A DNA stretch of 64,000 nucleotides from Acidimicrobiaceae bacterium (GCA_020637235.1 JACJWG010000015.1:2557-66556); one strand, 5' to 3'. Positions 13,553-22,971 are shown, numbered from the stretch's first letter. Numbers and translations are program-made. Notes: generated from the letters alone by a model not told the origin.

Positions 13553-14122
13553 TCAGCCGGCCGCGTCGACGCCGACCGGATCGGTGACCACCACGAGTGG
13601 CGCACCGTCCGCGTCGTGGTCCTCGTCGTCGTGGTCCTCGTCGTCGTGGTCCGCGTCGTCGTGGTCGCCCTCGTCCCACACCTGCTCGGCGCCGCTGTGG
13701 CCGGCCTGCACCACCGTCGCGAAGCTGCCGACACCGGCGAGCACCACGAGCGCGGCGATCACCGGACGGAACCAGCGCGGCGATGCGGCGGCCCGCCGCC
13801 GCAGCAGCTTCGGCACCACAATCCAGGCGATCACCACGAGCAGGAACACGAGCCCGAGGTTGCGTGCCATCTCGCCGGCCTCGGCGTGGTCGTGGATCCC
13901 CGCGCTGCGCTCGCCGGCCTCCTCGAGTTCCTCCCCGGACGCTGCCGCCAACACGGCGCCGATCGCACCGGCGCCGACGATGCCGAGCAGCACCCACTGG
14001 TAGCGCTCGAACCAGGCCTGCTTCACCAGCAGCGCGATCGCGAGCAGCGCCCCGAGCGGCAGCAGCACCACCGGGACGTGCACGAAGAGCGGATGAGCGG
14101 GGATGCCGGAGATGGTGTCCAT
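13553..14122 (-). CDS. DUF2231-type integral membrane protein with acidic His/Asp-rich C-terminal tail
   Basis: 189 aa with four hydrophobic segments. Starts MDTISGIPAHPLFVHVPVVLLP. The tail is DEGDHDDADHDDEDHDDEDHDADG, encoded by 15-nt tandem units at about 13611-13675. Confidence 0.6.
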   Translation of the reverse strand: MDTISGIPAHPLFVHVPVVLLPLGALLAIALLVKQAWFERYQWVLLGIVGAGAIGAVLAAASGEELEEAGERSAGIHDHAEAGEMARNLGLVFLLVVIAWIVVPKLLRRRAAASPRWFRPVIAALVVLAGVGSFATVVQAGHSGAEQVWDEGDHDDADHDDEDHDDEDHDADGAPLVVVTDPVGVDAAG

Positions 14123-14202
14123 GGCCGGGACGGTACGGGCACCACGCCGACCCGTTGATGCGGTTGGCCGGATCTTGGACGATCCGTTACCGAACGCTTA
14201 CC

Positions 14203-14925
14203 TCAGGTCGTGCGGACCGTGAGACGCGACCACGCGCCGAGGAACACCTGATCGCCGTCGGACAGCAGGTGGGGCACGCCACCGACGAGCGGGGCGAGGG
14301 CGTCGGTCGGCACCTCGCCCGCCGGCACGACGTGGGTGCCGTTGGTGGACGACAGGTCGACGACGCTCAGGTCGTCGCCTTCCACCACGAACTGGGCGTG
14401 ACGGCGAGACACCGCGGTGTCGGTGTCGAGCGCGATCTCGGGTCGAGATGCACGCGACTGGCTGGTGCGGCCGACCAGTGCCACATGACCGAACACCGGC
14501 ACGGTGCTGGTGGACGGTGGCGGCAGCGGACGGTCGGCGAGCTCGCCCTTCAGCGAGTACCACACCGGATCGACCTCGACGATCACCGTCCAGCGACTCG
14601 GCGCGCCGGCGGGTGCCGCGGGTTCGACCGGTTCCGGATCCGCCGGCGCCGGTCCGGCCGGATCCGGTGGCGGCGGTTCGGGGGCCTGACCGGTGACGAA
14701 GTCGTAGCCGCACGATTCGCAGAACAGGTTGTCGGCTGCGTTGAGCGACCCGCAGTTCGGGCAGGTGACCGGCGCAGCGGCGACGCTGCTCCCGCCCGCG
14801 CTCGGTGGCGGCGCGGTGGACTGCGCCTGTGCCTCGGCGCTCGGGCCGTTCATCGGCGCCCCGCACGTGTCGCACCACTCCGGGTCGGTCGACACGTGGC
14901 CGTTGGGGCAGGTGGCGGTGCTCAT
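14203..14925 (-). CDS. FHA-domain protein with two N-terminal zinc ribbons
   Basis: 240 aa. CPNGH..WCDTCG and CPNCG..FCESCG, then a Pro-rich linker, then an FHA core (VALVGRTS ... VSRRHAQF ... DLSSTNGTHV). The ATG overlaps the vWA gene stop (ATGA). Confidence 0.85.
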   Translation of the reverse strand: MSTATCPNGHVSTDPEWCDTCGAPMNGPSAEAQAQSTAPPPSAGGSSVAAAPVTCPNCGSLNAADNLFCESCGYDFVTGQAPEPPPPDPAGPAPADPEPVEPAAPAGAPSRWTVIVEVDPVWYSLKGELADRPLPPPSTSTVPVFGHVALVGRTSQSRASRPEIALDTDTAVSRRHAQFVVEGDDLSVVDLSSTNGTHVVPAGEVPTDALAPLVGGVPHLLSDGDQVFLGAWSRLTVRTT

Positions 14926-16202
14926 GGCTCGCGCCGGATGCGGGTGGTCTTGGTGCTGCGGGTGTCGAGCGCCATCTCGTCGCTCTTGGCCACCTGTTGC
15001 TTCAGCCGCACCGTGCCGGCCTCGACGTCCACCACGTCGACCACCTTGGCGAGCAGCCGGGTGGTCTGCTCGTTGCCCGAGTCGTGCGCGAGCTTGGCCG
15101 CCTCGCCGAGCAGCACCGTCGCCGTGCGTTCGTCGCCGGCCGACTTCGCGGCGAGACCTCGTTGGATCACGTCGGCGAGCTGTGCCTGCCCGGTGTAGTG
15201 CGCGACCGCCGGATCGATGCGGGTGGTGAGGTTCGTGTCGGCGCTCCAGATGGCCTTCACCAGTCCCTTGGCCATCACCTGGTCGTCGACGACGAGCTCG
15301 ACCCGAGCGGCCAGGCGTTCGTTGCCGACCGGTGCCGGCGGTACCCGGACCGACACGTGGTAGTCGCGCGACTCGTCGCTCCACGCACCGGTGGGGAACT
15401 CGACGACCAACGGGCTGATGCGCGTGGCTCGCGACGTCAGGTCGTCCACCTGGGGGGCCACCTGGCGGACGAACATCACCTCGCTGCCCTGCGGCGCCCA
15501 CACCCGCAGCCGAGCGTCGGCCACGCCACGGCTCATGGCGTTGCGCATCATCGCCTCGAAGTCGGCTTCCAGGTCCTCCGGCGCGGCGACGATGTCGACC
15601 GTGCCGAGCAGGGCGGTCGCGATCGTGCGGAGCTCCTCGACCACCCAGTCGCTGCCGATGCCGCGGCAGTCGCACTGGAAGACGCCCCTGGCGCGTTCGA
15701 GTGCGGCGGCGAGCGCACCGGCGGGCTCGCCCTCGATCTTGCCGTCGGTGAGCAAGATGGCGTGCCGCTGCCCGGCGGGTGCCTGGTTGAACAACTCGGT
15801 GGCCGCGGTGATCCAGGCACCGATCGCCGTGGCGCCGCCGCTGCGCAACCGCGACACCGCCTCGCTCGCCTCGCGCCGGGTGACGTCGGACATCTTCGCG
15901 AGGCCGGGGTGCGGTGGGAACACCATCTGGGCGACGGTGTGGCCCGACATCACGGCGAACCACGTGCCGTCGACGATCTCGTCGATCGCCACCTTCGCCG
16001 CCCGGCGGGCCGCAGCGATCTTCGCCGGCGGCATGTCCATCGAGCCGGACGTGTCGACGATGATCACCTCGGCCGCGGCGGTACCCGACGACTGGCCGGC
16101 GATGCCGGCACCCGAGCAGGTGATCGACACGACGCCGTGCACGTCGGTCGCACCGTCGCTCAGGTACTCGTTCTGGAAGACCTCGGCCTGGAACTCGGCC
16201 AC
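14922..16202 (-). CDS. von Willebrand factor A (vWA) domain protein
   Basis: GTG start at 16202 with an AGGAGG RBS 6 nt upstream. MIDAS motif VIIVDTSGSMD. 426 aa. Confidence 0.85.
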   Translation of the reverse strand: MAEFQAEVFQNEYLSDGATDVHGVVSITCSGAGIAGQSSGTAAAEVIIVDTSGSMDMPPAKIAAARRAAKVAIDEIVDGTWFAVMSGHTVAQMVFPPHPGLAKMSDVTRREASEAVSRLRSGGATAIGAWITAATELFNQAPAGQRHAILLTDGKIEGEPAGALAAALERARGVFQCDCRGIGSDWVVEELRTIATALLGTVDIVAAPEDLEADFEAMMRNAMSRGVADARLRVWAPQGSEVMFVRQVAPQVDDLTSRATRISPLVVEFPTGAWSDESRDYHVSVRVPPAPVGNERLAARVELVVDDQVMAKGLVKAIWSADTNLTTRIDPAVAHYTGQAQLADVIQRGLAAKSAGDERTATVLLGEAAKLAHDSGNEQTTRLLAKVVDVVDVEAGTVRLKQQVAKSDEMALDTRSTKTTRIRREP

Positions 16203-16252
16203 CTGTTCCCTCCTGGGCTCGTTCGTGGACGCCGTCGGACGATGCGTTCCGT

Positions 16253-17383
16253 TCAGGGTAGTTGCGGGACGCAACGTGCCAGCGCCACCGTGATGTTGTC
16301 GCGCCCGCCGCGCTCGTTCGCGAACGCGGCGAGCGACTCGGCGAGTGCCGTCGGCGAGGTGGCGCCCGCAGCCGCGGCGTCGGCCATCAGGGCCTGCAGG
16401 CGTTCGGGTTCGGACGCCTCGTTCCACAGCCCGTCGCTGCAGACGAGCAGCCAGCCGGGTCGGTCGACGGCCAACGCACGGAACTCGGGGGTGGGATCGA
16501 GCGAGTCGGCACCGAGCCAGCGGGTGATCGTGTGGCTCGTCGCATCGGCTTCGGCGTCGGAGCGAGCCATGCCACGCCGGATCATCTCGGTGCCGAGGGA
16601 GTGATCGAGGCTGAGCTGCTCGCCCGGTGCGCCGTCGGGCAGCCAGTAGGCCCGAGAGTCGCCGCACCACGCCGTGGCCACCAGGTCGCGGTCGACCACG
16701 GCGGCGACGAACGTGCACGACGGCGGTTCGGGCGGATCGCCGAGCGCCCGGGCCACGGCGACCGCTTCGCCGTTGGCCGCCCGACAGGCCAGGTGCAAGG
16801 TGCGCTCCCAGGCGCTCAGCCGCGCCGCGAACGCGCCCTCGACCGGTGGGTTCGCCGCGAGCACGTCGCGCGCCGCTCGTGAGGCGGCGAGGCTCGCCCG
16901 GTCGCTGTCGGGAGCGGTGGTCACCCCGTCACACACCACCAGCACCACCAGTCCGGCATCGGTGACCGCGGTGGCCATCGCGTCCTCGTTGCGGGCGTGG
17001 GTGATGCCGCGGTCGCACACGGCACCCACGTGGTCGCCGTGGGTCTCGGTCCAGTGCTCGCGTCGGGTGCGCGCCTTGTGACCGCACTGGGTGCAGAAGC
17101 CGTCGTCGGCGACGGCGGCGCCGCACGCGGCGCACGGTGCGAACACGTCGACGCCGAACTCGTCGTCGAGGTCGACGCCATCGGTCCCGGACGTCGGCGT
17201 GAGCAGATGGGTGCGGGGCACGTCGGCGGTCGGGTCGCCGTCGGCCGTCGGGTCGTCGACGATCGGCGACGCCGGGGGGACGTCGAGCAGCGACGGCGAC
17301 GAGGGCGGCGCGAGATCGGCGCCGCACGCCTCGCAGAACGTGTCGCCGGCGAGCGACTCGGCGCCACAGGACGAGCACGTCAT
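16253..17383 (-). CDS. PP2C-family Ser/Thr phosphatase with two N-terminal zinc ribbons
   Basis: 376 aa. CSSCG..FCEACG and CAACG..FCTQCG, then PP2C motifs (NEDAMA, VVCDGVTTAP, LVCSDGLWNE, GGRDNITVAL). The ATG overlaps the pknG stop (ATGA). Confidence 0.85.
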   Translation of the reverse strand: MTCSSCGAESLAGDTFCEACGADLAPPSSPSLLDVPPASPIVDDPTADGDPTADVPRTHLLTPTSGTDGVDLDDEFGVDVFAPCAACGAAVADDGFCTQCGHKARTRREHWTETHGDHVGAVCDRGITHARNEDAMATAVTDAGLVVLVVCDGVTTAPDSDRASLAASRAARDVLAANPPVEGAFAARLSAWERTLHLACRAANGEAVAVARALGDPPEPPSCTFVAAVVDRDLVATAWCGDSRAYWLPDGAPGEQLSLDHSLGTEMIRRGMARSDAEADATSHTITRWLGADSLDPTPEFRALAVDRPGWLLVCSDGLWNEASEPERLQALMADAAAAGATSPTALAESLAAFANERGGRDNITVALARCVPQLP

Positions 17384-19599
17384 GTGAGCGTCCGGACCCT
17401 CACCCGGTTGGCCTCGTCGACGAGCGCGACACGCCGGCCGCGCTCGGCGGCGAGCGACGCCGCCTCCCGGTAGGCGTGCTCGAGGCCGGTGCGCAGGCTG
17501 CGCTCGTCGGCCGCGACGCCGCCGATCGACGCTCCGGGGACGGCACCGTGCGCGAGCACCTCCTGCAGCGCGGCGGCGAGGATGTCGATCCGGAGCGCGG
17601 CCCGTTCCTGCGGCTCGATCGTCGCCTGTGCCAACTCGCTCGCCGCGGCGTCGAGGGTCTGCATCGTGCGCCGGTCGTCGGGCACCGAGGCGAGGATCGT
17701 GGCCCGCTTGCGCCGCGACTCGCCGAACGCGCGGCTCGTGGACGGGATCCCGTCGAGGGCGGCCAGCGCATCGGTGGTGCGCCCGTCGAGGGTGGCCACC
17801 CGGGCCCGCCCGAACAGCGCCGGCGCCACGTAGGCGGCGTCGGTGCGGGCACACACCTGGTACAGGCGGTCGGCCACATCGTGGTCGCCCGACAACTCGC
17901 ACGCACGAGCCAGCGCGAGCTTCGGGGCGAGTTCGCCGGGCAGGGTGCCGTACACCGTGTTGAACGCACCGACGGCGTGCGACGCATCGCCTCGCGACAG
18001 CGCCACCAGACCCTGCAACCACACGCCACGCCAGTCCCACGGGTCGGCGGCGAGCACCGCGTCGGCGGCGGCCCACGCCGCCTCGCCGTTGCCGGTCGCG
18101 AGTGCGGCGTATGCCTGCTCGATCGACACCATCGGCGACGGTTCGGGTGGCGAGGCGAGCAACGCGCGGCGCTGCACAGGATCGTCGGTGGTGATCGACT
18201 GCAACCACACCGCGTTGGGGTCGGTGGCGTCGGGCACCAGCCGCGGCAGGTCGTCCCACTCGAGCCGGTCGCCGGCGACGGTCGGTGTGGTGAACACCGT
18301 CGACGGGGTGCTGCGCGACACCGCGCCAGCGGTGGTCGCCGACACCTCGCGCAACACGCCGAGCATCTGCTGGCGCAGCTCCTCGGCGCTGTGGAACCGG
18401 TCTTCGGGGCGCGGGGCGGTGGCCCGCAACAGCAACCGGTAGAGCGAGTCGTGCTCCACGAACAGGGGCACCTCGTCGGGTGACGGCAGCCGATCGACGT
18501 ACTGGTTCTGGTAGCCCTTGAACTCGAAGATCAGCACCGCCAGGGTGCGGGCGACGGTGTAGATGTCGCTGGCGATCGACGTGCCGTCGGCGGGCACCTC
18601 CGGCGCCTGGAACCCCACCGTGCCGTAGATCGGGGTGACGTCGTCGTCGATGCGACGCACACCGCCGAGGTCGATCAGCTTGATGCCGTCGCCGACCTGG
18701 ATGACGTTGGCCGGCTTGAAGTCGCAGTACAGCAGGCCGAGGCCGTGCAGGTACGAGAACGCCGGCAGCACCTCGATCATGAACGCCAGCGCCTGGTCGA
18801 CCGGGATCGGTGAGAACCGCCCACCGGCATCTTTCATCCGGCTCTTCAACAGGTTGTTGAGCGACTGGCCGCCGACGTACTCCATGATGATGTACGAGGC
18901 GCCGTCGGCGGCGGCGACGAAGTTGTAGATCTCGACGATCACCGGGTGTTCCACCTCGGCGAGGAACTGCTTCTCGGCCACGGCGGCGCGGAACGCGTCC
19001 GGATCGCCGGCGTTGAGCAGGCCCTTCACCACCACCCAGCGGTCGTTCACGTTGCGGTCGCGGGCGAGGTAGATCCAGCCCATGCCGCCGTGGGCGAGGC
19101 AGCCGACGATCTCGTACTGCCCGCCGAGCAGGGTGCCCGGCGACAGCTTCGGGTCGAAGTCGAACGGGGTGCGGCACTTCGGGCAGAACCCCTTGGTGCG
19201 CCCGGGCGACCCGTCGCGGGCACGACCGACCGGCGACTGGCACACCGAGCAGAAGCGCTTCTCCTCGGCGACGACGGCTGGGTCCATCAGCGCCTGGCGT
19301 GGATCGAGGATCGGCACCGGCGGCACGTGCACGAACCCGGCGCCGAGGCGCGAGGCCGAGCCGGCGCTGCCGAGCCGTCGCGTGGGACGGCTGCCGCCCG
19401 CGGTGCGCGCCGAGCCGAGCGGCACCTGGCCGAGCCGGTTGGTGACCGAGCTGCTGCGGGTGGACGACGGGTTGGTGCTCGGTGCGGCGGATGCGTTCGG
19501 GGCGGCGGCCGCGACCGCCGGTGCCTCGGCGGCCATGCCGCACACGTCGCAGTAGCCGTCGACGATGCTCCCGGTGCAGCCCGGCTGCGTGCAGCGCAT
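17380..19599 (-). CDS. pknG: Ser/Thr protein kinase PknG (zinc ribbon + rubredoxin-like + kinase + TPR-like domains)
   Basis: 739 aa. Contains FCSVCQSPVGR...GFCPKCRTPFDF followed by GQYEIVGCLAHGGMGWIYLARDRNVNDRWVVVKGL, YCDFKPANV and a long helical C-terminus. Order and motifs are as in mycobacterial PknG. RBS GGGAGAGGG upstream. Confidence 0.85.
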   Translation of the reverse strand: MRCTQPGCTGSIVDGYCDVCGMAAEAPAVAAAAPNASAAPSTNPSSTRSSSVTNRLGQVPLGSARTAGGSRPTRRLGSAGSASRLGAGFVHVPPVPILDPRQALMDPAVVAEEKRFCSVCQSPVGRARDGSPGRTKGFCPKCRTPFDFDPKLSPGTLLGGQYEIVGCLAHGGMGWIYLARDRNVNDRWVVVKGLLNAGDPDAFRAAVAEKQFLAEVEHPVIVEIYNFVAAADGASYIIMEYVGGQSLNNLLKSRMKDAGGRFSPIPVDQALAFMIEVLPAFSYLHGLGLLYCDFKPANVIQVGDGIKLIDLGGVRRIDDDVTPIYGTVGFQAPEVPADGTSIASDIYTVARTLAVLIFEFKGYQNQYVDRLPSPDEVPLFVEHDSLYRLLLRATAPRPEDRFHSAEELRQQMLGVLREVSATTAGAVSRSTPSTVFTTPTVAGDRLEWDDLPRLVPDATDPNAVWLQSITTDDPVQRRALLASPPEPSPMVSIEQAYAALATGNGEAAWAAADAVLAADPWDWRGVWLQGLVALSRGDASHAVGAFNTVYGTLPGELAPKLALARACELSGDHDVADRLYQVCARTDAAYVAPALFGRARVATLDGRTTDALAALDGIPSTSRAFGESRRKRATILASVPDDRRTMQTLDAAASELAQATIEPQERAALRIDILAAALQEVLAHGAVPGASIGGVAADERSLRTGLEHAYREAASLAAERGRRVALVDEANRVRVRTLT

Positions 19600-19604
19600 C
19601 TGCG

Positions 19605-20681
19605 TCACCCTCTCCCTCTCGGGCGGCCACCGGCCGCGTCGATCCTGGCGTTCACGGCCTCGGTGTACCGACGCACGAGTTCCTCGGCTCGTGCCACGTC
19701 GCACGGGGCCGACCACAACTCGCCCTCGGCGTCGCGCAGCAGCGGCTCGAGCGCGGCGTCCTCGCCGAGACCGACCGCTGCCGCCTTGTCGCGGTAGGCG
19801 TGCAGCAACCCGCGCAACTCGTCGCGGCGGGCGAGCACCCCGCCGAAGCGTTGCTCGACCTGGTCGAACGCAGCGCCGAGCCGGTCGATGCGGGTGAGGT
19901 ACGGCTCCATCACCGCTCGGGCGCTCGGCCAGGTCATCGCCTCCAACTCGGCGAGCGGACGTGGCACGCCGAGCGCGGCCACCGACGGGATGGCGAGCGT
20001 GGGCAGCGGCCGCACCTTCGCACGGCTGCGGTCGACGATCGCTCGCACCTCCACTTCGCGGGCGGCGAGCCCCTCGAGGTGCTCGGGCAGGGTGCGCCAG
20101 CGTTCGAACGACGACGTGCGCAGGGTCGCCAGCCGCTCCAGCTCGGTGCGGATCGCCCGTGCCTCCGCCGCCACCGCGCGCCAGGCATCGGCACTCGTGC
20201 CCGCTGCTTCGGCCTGCCGCTCGGCCGCGGCGCAGCGCTGCACGTGGTGGCCGAGGTCGTCGGCGAGCCGGCGGGCGACGGCGAGGTCGTCGTGAGCCGA
20301 GATGCGATGCTCGGCCAGCGTGCGGTGGGCGGTCTCGGCGGTGGCGAGCTCGCGATACACCTTGTCGAGCACCGCCTGCAGCAGCGCCGCGGCGTCGGCG
20401 AGGTTCGCGCCCACCGGGTCGCCGCGGTCGTCGACCACCGGGCGGGCGCTCAGCTCCGAACCGCGGCCGGGGTCGGCGCGGAGCTCGTCCACCCGGGCCG
20501 CGATCGCCTTGCGGCACACGAACGCCGCGGCGATGTCGAGCGCGGCGGGCGAGGTCGGGTCGCCGGTGACGGCGGTGACCCGCTCGTCGAGCTGCATCAG
20601 CCGGTCGGTGGCCGCGGCCAGCCAGTCGTCCCATTGGGAGAGCACCGCCGATGCCGCGGCCTGCGCGCCCCGATCGGTCAC
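19605..20681 (-). CDS. hypothetical all-helical Ala/Arg/Glu-rich protein inserted between glnH and pknG
   Basis: GTG at 20681 overlaps the glnH stop (GTGA). 358 aa with no hydrophobic segment. The pknG RBS lies in its last codons. No family recognised. Confidence 0.55.
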   Translation of the reverse strand: MTDRGAQAAASAVLSQWDDWLAAATDRLMQLDERVTAVTGDPTSPAALDIAAAFVCRKAIAARVDELRADPGRGSELSARPVVDDRGDPVGANLADAAALLQAVLDKVYRELATAETAHRTLAEHRISAHDDLAVARRLADDLGHHVQRCAAAERQAEAAGTSADAWRAVAAEARAIRTELERLATLRTSSFERWRTLPEHLEGLAAREVEVRAIVDRSRAKVRPLPTLAIPSVAALGVPRPLAELEAMTWPSARAVMEPYLTRIDRLGAAFDQVEQRFGGVLARRDELRGLLHAYRDKAAAVGLGEDAALEPLLRDAEGELWSAPCDVARAEELVRRYTEAVNARIDAAGGRPRGRG

Positions 20682-21697
20682 GGCATCGCCCGTGAGTAGT
20701 CGGGCTCGGGCAGCGGTGGGATGTCCTCCGGGTCGAGCGCGCCGGTGTCGACCAGCCACCGCTGCGCGATCGCATCGAGGGTGCCGTCGGCCCGGAGTCG
20801 TTCGAGCACCCCGTTCACGAACCGCACCAGGTCGACGTCGGCCGCGTTCATCCCGAGGCCGTAGGGCTCCGCGGTGAACGTCGGGCCGACGACCTCGGTG
20901 CTCGGATCCTGTGCGGCGAAACCGGCGAGCACCGTGTCGTCGCCGGTGGTGGCGTCGGCCTCACCCTGTTGCATCGCGACGAGGCAGTCGGTGATGTCGG
21001 GCTTGGCCACCACGACCAACCCCGGATACTTCTCGGTGTCGCGGATCTCGTCGATGTTGGTGCTGCCCTCGGGCGCACACACCCGGGCGCCGGCGGCGTC
21101 GAGATCGGCGATCGTGTCGAACCCGGAGCCGGTCTTCACGAGCACCTTCTGGCCGGCCTGGTAGTACACCGACGAGAACGCGATCCGCAGCCAGCGGTTG
21201 CAGTTGATCGTCATCGTGTGGGCGACGAGGTCGACCTCTCGGGCCTCGAGCGCGGGGAGCCGCTGCGCGTAGGTGATCACCTTGTAGACGATCCGGTCCT
21301 CGAGCTCCTCGCCCGCGACGTCGAAGATCGCCTTCGCCACTTCCTGCACCACGGAGATGTCGAACCCCTCGATGGTGTCGGTGAGCGGGTTGCGCGACCC
21401 GAACAGCAGCGTGTCGCCCGACACCCCGACGACGAGCTGGCCGCGCTCGGCGATCTCGGCCATCGTCGAACCGGCCGGCATCTCGCCCGGTGCCGGCTGC
21501 TCGTCGAGCGGCGCATAGGTACGCGTCGCCGGCTCGGCGGCTTCGGCGTTGCTGCACGACGGCGGCGCGGTGGTGGGCACGACGGTCGGTTCGACCACCG
21601 AACCCTGCACCTCGTCGGGCAGCCGGGCGTCGCCCGAGCATCCGGCGGCGACCGCGCCGGCGACGACGGCGAGTGCCACGGCCACGAACCGTCTCAT
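20678..21697 (-). CDS. glnH: amino-acid (Glu/Asp/Gln-type) binding lipoprotein, family-3 solute-binding protein, GlnH-like
   Basis: 339 aa. Signal plus lipobox-like AVAAGCSG. Motifs LVVGVSGDTLLFG, VAHTMTINCNRW, AFSSVYYQAGQKVLV. The ATG overlaps the glnX stop (ATGA). Confidence 0.8.
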   Translation of the reverse strand: MRRFVAVALAVVAGAVAAGCSGDARLPDEVQGSVVEPTVVPTTAPPSCSNAEAAEPATRTYAPLDEQPAPGEMPAGSTMAEIAERGQLVVGVSGDTLLFGSRNPLTDTIEGFDISVVQEVAKAIFDVAGEELEDRIVYKVITYAQRLPALEAREVDLVAHTMTINCNRWLRIAFSSVYYQAGQKVLVKTGSGFDTIADLDAAGARVCAPEGSTNIDEIRDTEKYPGLVVVAKPDITDCLVAMQQGEADATTGDDTVLAGFAAQDPSTEVVGPTFTAEPYGLGMNAADVDLVRFVNGVLERLRADGTLDAIAQRWLVDTGALDPEDIPPLPEPDYSRAMP

Positions 21698-22971
21698 CGG
21701 TACTCCCTCAGTCGCTGGCCGTACCCGATCGCGCCGAGCGCGGCGATCGCGAGGCCGGCCAGCACGACGACGATCCGCAGCAGGCCGAGCGCGTCGTCGG
21801 CACGGTCGAACCGGTCCTGGGCGAGCGACGCCTGCTCGGCGAGCGCGTCGGCGGTCGTGTCGGCCACGGCGGCGAAGTCGGTGGCCGGCGCGTCGGAGGT
21901 CGCGAGATCGACGGCGTCGTCCCAGTCGCCGCCGTCGTCGAGCAGGCGCACCTCGGCGTGGCTCGCCGCGTACGCGTCGAAGTCGTCCATCGAGCCGCAC
22001 CCGACCCCGTGTTCGTCGCACGCTCGTTCGAGGGCGATGTCGGCGATGCTGGCCGACAGCTGCCACTGCTGCTCGTACGCCGCGCCGTTGCCGCGATTGA
22101 TGAGCGTGAGCGCTTCGCTCGAGCGGGCGTCGAACGCCGCCACCCGCGCCTGGGCCACCAGGTCGGCTGCCGACAGCGGTTCGCGTACCGCGTCGCCGGC
22201 GCGTCCAGCGGCACGGGCGTTGGTGCCGACGCCGACGGTGAGCACCAAGAACGCGATGAGGGCCGCCACCACCAGTGGCACGTTGAGCAGGCGCCGGAAG
22301 TCGCGCGACAGCCACGCCGAACCGACCAGCAAAGCGGCCAGGGCGAGGAGCGCGGTCACCACCAGCAGCCAGCTCGCCCGGTACGCACGCGACATCGAGT
22401 CGTCCACGCGCTGCCGGGTGTTCTGCTCGACCAGTTGCAGCGTGGCGGCGAGCTCGGAGGCGACGGTGCGTGCCTGGCGCTGGTACGCCGCGCCGACGGG
22501 AAAGCCCTGCCGGTTGTTGGCCCGAGCCTGTTCGACGAGGCCGACGTACCGGGCGAACTGTTGCACCGCGGTGCCGAGCAACGGCTCGTCGGTCTCGGTG
22601 GCATCGCCCGACGCCCTCGACAGCCCGGCGCCGGCGTCGTCGATCCGGTCGTCGTAGGCGGCCCGCAGCTCGGGCGCCTCCTGGCCGCCGAGCAGGTAGG
22701 CGTTGCTCGCGATCGAGTCGGCCTGCACCACCTGCACACGCACGTCCTGCACCTGGATCAGCTGCGCCGCCGCGGCTGCGGCGTCGTCGATCGCCGTGTC
22801 GCGGCGGTCGATCGCGTACCAGCCGCCGATCGACAGCGCGATGCCGACCAGCACCGTCGCCGCGGTGGCGAGGCGGAGCCGGGTGGGCGAATCGGCGGCA
22901 CGCCACGAGACGCGGAAGGGCCGTGCGGCGGGGCCGGTCGTCGGGGGGATGGTCGCCACTCGCCGAAGCAT
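21694..22971 (-). CDS. glnX: GlnX-like integral membrane sensor protein
   Basis: 425 aa. Four hydrophobic segments bracket two large helical extracytoplasmic regions. Positioned upstream of glnH-pknG as in mycobacteria and corynebacteria. The start is uncertain: it abuts the divergent ATG as CATATG, and an in-frame GTG is at 22959. Confidence 0.6.
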   Translation of the reverse strand: MLRRVATIPPTTGPAARPFRVSWRAADSPTRLRLATAATVLVGIALSIGGWYAIDRRDTAIDDAAAAAAQLIQVQDVRVQVVQADSIASNAYLLGGQEAPELRAAYDDRIDDAGAGLSRASGDATETDEPLLGTAVQQFARYVGLVEQARANNRQGFPVGAAYQRQARTVASELAATLQLVEQNTRQRVDDSMSRAYRASWLLVVTALLALAALLVGSAWLSRDFRRLLNVPLVVAALIAFLVLTVGVGTNARAAGRAGDAVREPLSAADLVAQARVAAFDARSSEALTLINRGNGAAYEQQWQLSASIADIALERACDEHGVGCGSMDDFDAYAASHAEVRLLDDGGDWDDAVDLATSDAPATDFAAVADTTADALAEQASLAQDRFDRADDALGLLRIVVVLAGLAIAALGAIGYGQRLREYR

